64,000 nt of DNA from Plasmodiophora brassicae (lineage: Eukaryota). Made by a program: the position numbers and the translations under genes. Below, one piece after another: positions 59,265 through 64,000 of this stretch. Every line of letters begins with the position of its first letter. Positions within the stretch are counted from its first letter, which is position 1. A model generated the notes under the pieces. That model searched no databases and was not told the DNA's origin. It saw only the letters and a program-made list of their open reading frames with translations. The stretch covers positions 434,001 to 498,000 of the forward strand of contig CP145411.1 of assembly GCA_036867785.1 (NCBI GenBank). Reading direction: 5' to 3'.

Positions 59265-60042
59265 CGAGGCCAAAATACCAAGCTCCAGGTGCAACTGCAC
59301 GAACCAGGTATGAACTCCTTCAACTCTTAGCACTCTCAACCTGCACTCTCAACCTGTGTGATTCCTCTTGTGATATTTCCAGCCGTCTGGCCCATGACAT
59401 TGAGTAATTTAGTAAGATGACCATAGCTGCTATCTAAATGTCTGCACAAAGCCAACCGTACAACAATGTATCAACAGCTGTGCGTGTTGAGAACCACCCG
59501 ACAAGCAGACAAGTTTTGGACAATGCTGGACTGGTTTGGTTTGGTTTTGGTTTGGTTTGGTTTTGGTTTGGTTTTATTTGTTTTTCGCGCTTTTTCTTTT
59601 CACGCAGGCGCCTCGGTCTCGAGTCCGAGGATCGAAGGATCAGCAGCAGAACGCCAACATCCCCCGGCCTGGCAGTGCCGGCCCGTCACCTTTGTACTGG
59701 GTTCATCGCGCCTTGGACGATATCGGAACGGGACGTGATTCGCTCGGACTTGTCGACTGCACTCTTGTCGGACCTCTTTCGCCATACCGCCTATGCCGGG
59801 GAGCCGACATACACTTGTTACGGGCCGTTCCTTTACCTCCCAGACGCTCAAGCGAGACCCCTAATTGCTCTGGCACTTTGGGCTGCCTGATCAGTAAACA
59901 CCCCTTCAACATTTACGGCTGTTGGTCACCGGGACTTTTTTGGGGGAGTTCGTGCCTCGAACTGGGGACCTTGCGGTCCCGCGACTGCTTGCTGACCTGT
60001 TGCTAGTACTCCTGACCAGCTAGGCCACTGGGGCAGCGCCCC

Positions 60043-60541
60043 CTCATTATGGCCGGTGGTATCTGGCATGTCTCTGCTCGGGAAAGCCAGGGACCATTGA
60101 TCTGGCCGGTTGAAATAATAATCCTCGAGATAACTCAGAGCCTGCGGTTCTCGTCCAGACCAGAACTTCCGGAACCAGTCCAGCATTGTCCAAAACTTGT
60201 CTGCTTGTCGGGTGGTTCTCAACACGCACAGCTGTTGATACATTGTTGTAAACGTGATGTTTCAGTCGAGAAAAATCGACGATGCCATCAACGTCACAGA
60301 AGGGGCACGTAAAAGGAGATTTGCATGGTTCACTGGCTTGAGTGGGAGAACTCCTGTCTCCTGGATCGCGATGAGCACGGTCCAGGTGCCGGCACAGGCT
60401 ATCCATGTCTTTCAGCTGGCTGGGACATTGCTGGCACGGCACCGGGCGAGCGTCGGTGTGCGTCTTCACGTGGCGCGTCAACTTCTTCTCTGAGAAGGTT
60501 TTCGAGCACATGCTGCATGTCAATGCCATGCTAGCAACCAA
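60043..60541 (-). mobile_element. Internally deleted MULE: C2H2 zinc fingers joined to transposase C-terminal sequence
   Basis: CSMC...HVKTH, CQQC...HLDRAH and CPFC...HH, then WFRKFW...YLEDYYFNRPDQWSLAF...DTTGHNE. Segment 60043-60186 repeats at 63725-63868. Confidence 0.6.
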
Positions 60542-61790
60542 GTTCGACGCGAAACAAAGTTCGACGCGAAATACCTACATAGTCGGGTAGGCCGCGTCTC
60601 GGAGCGGTAACCCCGAGAGACATCGCGAGAAATAATGGGACGCCGGCGACGGCCAGGCACAACAGCGTCCCGGACAACGGGCCCGACTTCCTGAACCACA
60701 AGGTCCAGCTGTTCGCCGTCCTCGCGCTGGTGACGTTGCAGGAGGCTTCCAAGCAAGGCGCCGTCATTGAATGGATTCACCGCGGCAAGACGTCTTCGAT
60801 CCTGCCGATGCTGGCGGACGCGCTCGGGTACGCGGCGTCGGACGGCCTGGTTGTTAGCCTGGCCATGGCGATCCCCCAGGTGATCTCCTCGCCGCTGCCC
60901 GCATCGTCTGCCGCCACGTACGTGACGCCGACGGATTCGGTCAAGGCGGCCAACATTGGCATCAAGTGCTGCGCGGGCGGCGCCCAGATGCCGGCGTTCG
61001 ACGTGACCATTACAAGCCTGCTGCAATCATCAACACTGCCATCTGCAGCGGCAACCGACCTCTTCATGGCCCGGCAAGACCACCACGTCGAGCTGCGGAA
61101 GTTTGCTGACGCGTGCCGCGCGGCTCACATCGACTTCAGGCCTTTGACATTCAAGTCGACGGGCGGCGCCATGCCGACCGAGCAGTCGACCCTGGAAATT
61201 TGGTGCAACACCTCGGCTCTCCGAACGGGCCGTTACCGCCACGCTCCCGACCCGCTTGCACACGCACAATGCCGACGCAACGTCGAACAGCCTGGGTTTC
61301 CCGGCGTCGAGCTTCGTTCTTTGTTCATACGCCATCGACAATTCTCAGAAAATAATGTAACAATGTATGTAGTCCTGGTTTCTGGTGGACGTGGAGCAGG
61401 CATCTGGCCGAGCCGCGTCTCGCCCGCCCGCCCTGGATGGTTCGGCAAAAAAGCGGCTCTCACCCTGCGCCGACGGACTTGCCACCCGTTCTCGCCCACA
61501 ATGGCATTTGCTAGACCATTCGATGTTCGGCCGCGACTCAGTGCAATCATCGGATACCGCAGACAGCCTCGACGTATGGCTCAGGCTCAATCCAGGCGCT
61601 TCAACGGCCATCCGCTGCGCGCCCTCATCCGCATCTACCGGCGGTATTTGAACGCGCTCGGCACATCGGAGGAGAGGGGGCGCAATCTGCTCGAAGCTGC
61701 GGCTGTCGCCATGGACAACGTCACGGCGGCCGAGCTAGAAGAGTGGTTCGCAGGTCCGTAATTACAAGTCTATCATCAGCTGTTGATACC

Positions 61791-62274
61791 ATCGTTAAAG
61801 TATTCATTCTTGCGCTCGTAGTCTGGCAAGACTTGGGCACCCCGCCCAGGACCCGCGGCCCTAGTCCCGCTAGCTCGGAGTCGAACCACATAGGACTCGG
61901 CCGATGGGCGTTGCCGCCTGCCGATATGATTACTCAAGTGTACGATTCCCATCTGAGCTCAATCGGCATAGTGCTGATTTGCTTCCAGCTGTGCCATTTG
62001 CCTGCACGACTTCGCCGACGCCGTATCGCAGGCAGTCGATGTACCCGCATTCGACAATGACGGCAAGGTGCCCGAAGTCGCTACCATCCGTTCTTTGCCT
62101 TGCGGGCACATATTCCACGACAACTGCATCCGTGAGGTGTGCATTGCTTTCATTTGAAATGTGATTTACTATTCATATGACTTGCAGTGGTTCAATACGG
62201 ACCACCACATTTGCCCATACTGTCGCCAGCAAGTCCCTAGAAGACAGTTAGGATCCCAGAATCCAAGCACGTGA
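61791..62274 (+). pseudogene. RING-H2 gene, copy 2
   Basis: Near-identical to 42777-43260. Confidence 0.65.
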
Positions 62275-62492
62275 GCAACTACGGCGACAGATTAACAAAC
62301 ACAAGAAATCGCATTCGTGTTCACGACCCATACCGAGCAGAACATGTTTACATGTATGGCCTCGCAAGTAATACGGGCAGGTACAAGACCAACAATGCGA
62401 GCGTGAGCAGATTTCCCATACTCTGCATGGCCTGCCGGCAGTGACCTATAGAGAGTTAGCAATGAACATTGATCCAGCGAAGCAGCGATGTA

Positions 62493-63299
62493 CAGTGTTT
62501 ACCGTAATTAGTCTGTATGCGCGATTAGTGTTAGTTCATAACTAGTCGTTCGGGGCTCGCTGCGCTTCGCCCGCTCCCTCCTAGGTGCAACCCCCTCCAC
62601 CAACCCCGTTGAGCGCAACCCCTTGCAGGTTACGTGCCCGATGACGCCACTCGGTTTAGTGGTGTGGATTAGTGTGATACACGCTATTCAGGGTTGGCTG
62701 CTCTTGCCACACGTCAGTATATATAGTACAACGTTGGTAAATACATGCGAAGTGTACCATGAAATTGAGATCTCGTTATGTACCTTAACATGTATGGACC
62801 GACTCCGCCTTCAAAATGGTTGCAAAGTTTGCAACAATCGCCTGTAGTTCAGGCGATAACTGTTGGATGCGCCATTCGCCAGTGACATCCTTAGACAAAC
62901 CGCGGCACTGTCGCTGCTGCTGGTGCAGCTTCGAGCGAGCAAACGATGCAGCAATATTACGTGACGCGGAAAAAGACCGACTGCGCTTGCGACGATGATT
63001 ATGCAGGTGGTGCCATCGTTGTATCTCACCTGAACTGAATGCAATCAATTCCGGGTCCCGGCGGCCTTAGCGGTCAGCACCTGCGGCATCCATGGGGACT
63101 GACTAGGTAGCACTGCGGCGCTGCGTATGCCTATACACACTAAATAAGTGTGAAAATAAATAGTGTGTATCACAGTATTCATGCCAGCACCTATATAGTG
63201 TTAATTCCCATTTAGTGTTATACACACTAATCAAGGGTTGGGCCTCGAAATCTGCTAACACCTAATTAGTCTGATACAGACTAATTACGGTAAACACTG
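62493..63299. mobile_element. Tc1/mariner-type MITE (807 bp)
   Basis: Perfect 26-bp TIR CAGTGTTTACCGTAATTAGTCTGTAT with a TA target duplication; empty site gatg-TA-gt at 43477-43478 in the paralogous copy. Confidence 0.93.
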
Positions 63300-63301
63300 T
63301 A

Positions 63302-63869
63302 GTATGTACGTCTTCTGTTTCGTCATTGACTTGAACAAAATCGCGGTCGATACCAGGACAGGCAGGCACGCTATTCTCGTCGAAGTGTTCCAAACAGTGA
63401 ACCACATATGATGTTTCACTGGTTCGGGAAGGCACGACAAACGTCCTTCTTTCCGCGCCTATTGCTTCTGTAACAGATTCAGGACGAAGCTGCAACATTT
63501 TCTTGCAACTTCGTCGAAATGACGCATCAACGCTCTGTGCACCGAGGCAATACTTCAACCTGCACAATCAACCAGCAACCTATCCAATACTAATGGTGTG
63601 AAACATCACCTCAATATCTTTGCATATACGTCATTTTCATACTCGAGCAAGATGTCGATCAACTTCGGTACCGACGTGCCGACTCTGCCGGCAAAGTAAA
63701 CATACTTTAAAACATTATGCATCGCCTCATTATGGCCGGTGGTATCTGGCATGTCTCTGCTCCGGAAAGCCAGGGACCATTGATCTGGCCGGTTGAAATA
63801 ATAATCCTCGAGATAACTCAGAGCCTGCGGTTCTCGTCCAGACCAGAACTTCCGGAACCAGTCCAGCAT
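63302..63869 (-). mobile_element. MULE transposase C-terminal fragment
   Basis: YLEDYYFNRPDQWSLAFR...DTTGHNEAMHNVLK (catalytic E motif)...PKLIDILLEYE. Confidence 0.7.
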
Positions 63870-64000
63870 TCATTGGGCGCTGCCCCAGTGGCCTAGCTGG
63901 TCAGGAGTACTAGCAACAGGTCAGCAAGCAGTCGCGGGACCGCAAGGTCCCCAGTTCGAGGCACGAACTCCCCCAAAAAAGTCCCGGTGACCAACAGCCG

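Larger units (their letters stand above)
60942..63671. repeat. Direct duplicate of 40542-43852 (lacking the hAT, carrying an extra MITE)
   Basis: caaggcggccaacattggc...caacttcggtac is near-identical in both copies apart from the two element insertions and small indels. Confidence 0.95.

Overview
This is GC-rich eukaryotic DNA with compact genes and short GT-AG introns. The style suggests a protist such as a plasmodiophorid, but that is inference only. Positions 1 to ~37.5 kb are gene-dense: an eIF2-alpha-type kinase, a CH-domain protein, a coiled-coil protein, a secreted Q/N/PT-repeat protein, an EXD3/Mut-7-like exonuclease, a KIAA1143-like protein, RPN12, USO1/p115, two tandem 5S rRNA genes, an LRR protein, TAF1, MORN5, a divergent alpha-tubulin, DDX54/DBP10 and ribophorin II. 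Ribophorin II has an apparent duplicated alternative last exon, and a 950-bp hAT-type MITE also lies in this part. Positions ~37.9 to 64 kb are a nested transposon and rearrangement zone. Its main component is a putative DNA transposon whose ~1,590-aa ORF combines a DDE-type core with an intact WRN-type DEDDy 3'-5' exonuclease inserted inside it; a young, intact chromodomain Ty3/gypsy element (identical 197-bp LTRs, AACAG TSD) splits this ORF. Next to it is a decayed GCM-like/Mutator-like transposase gene fused to two tandem USP-like cysteine-protease domains. The zone also holds a deleted hAT element with a 6-bp TSD, a Tc1/mariner-type MITE, MULE, CRE-like and gag fragments, and a ~1.9-kb direct duplication carrying a RING-H2 gene with reciprocal empty insertion sites. 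All family calls come from motif recognition by eye; no database searches were run.
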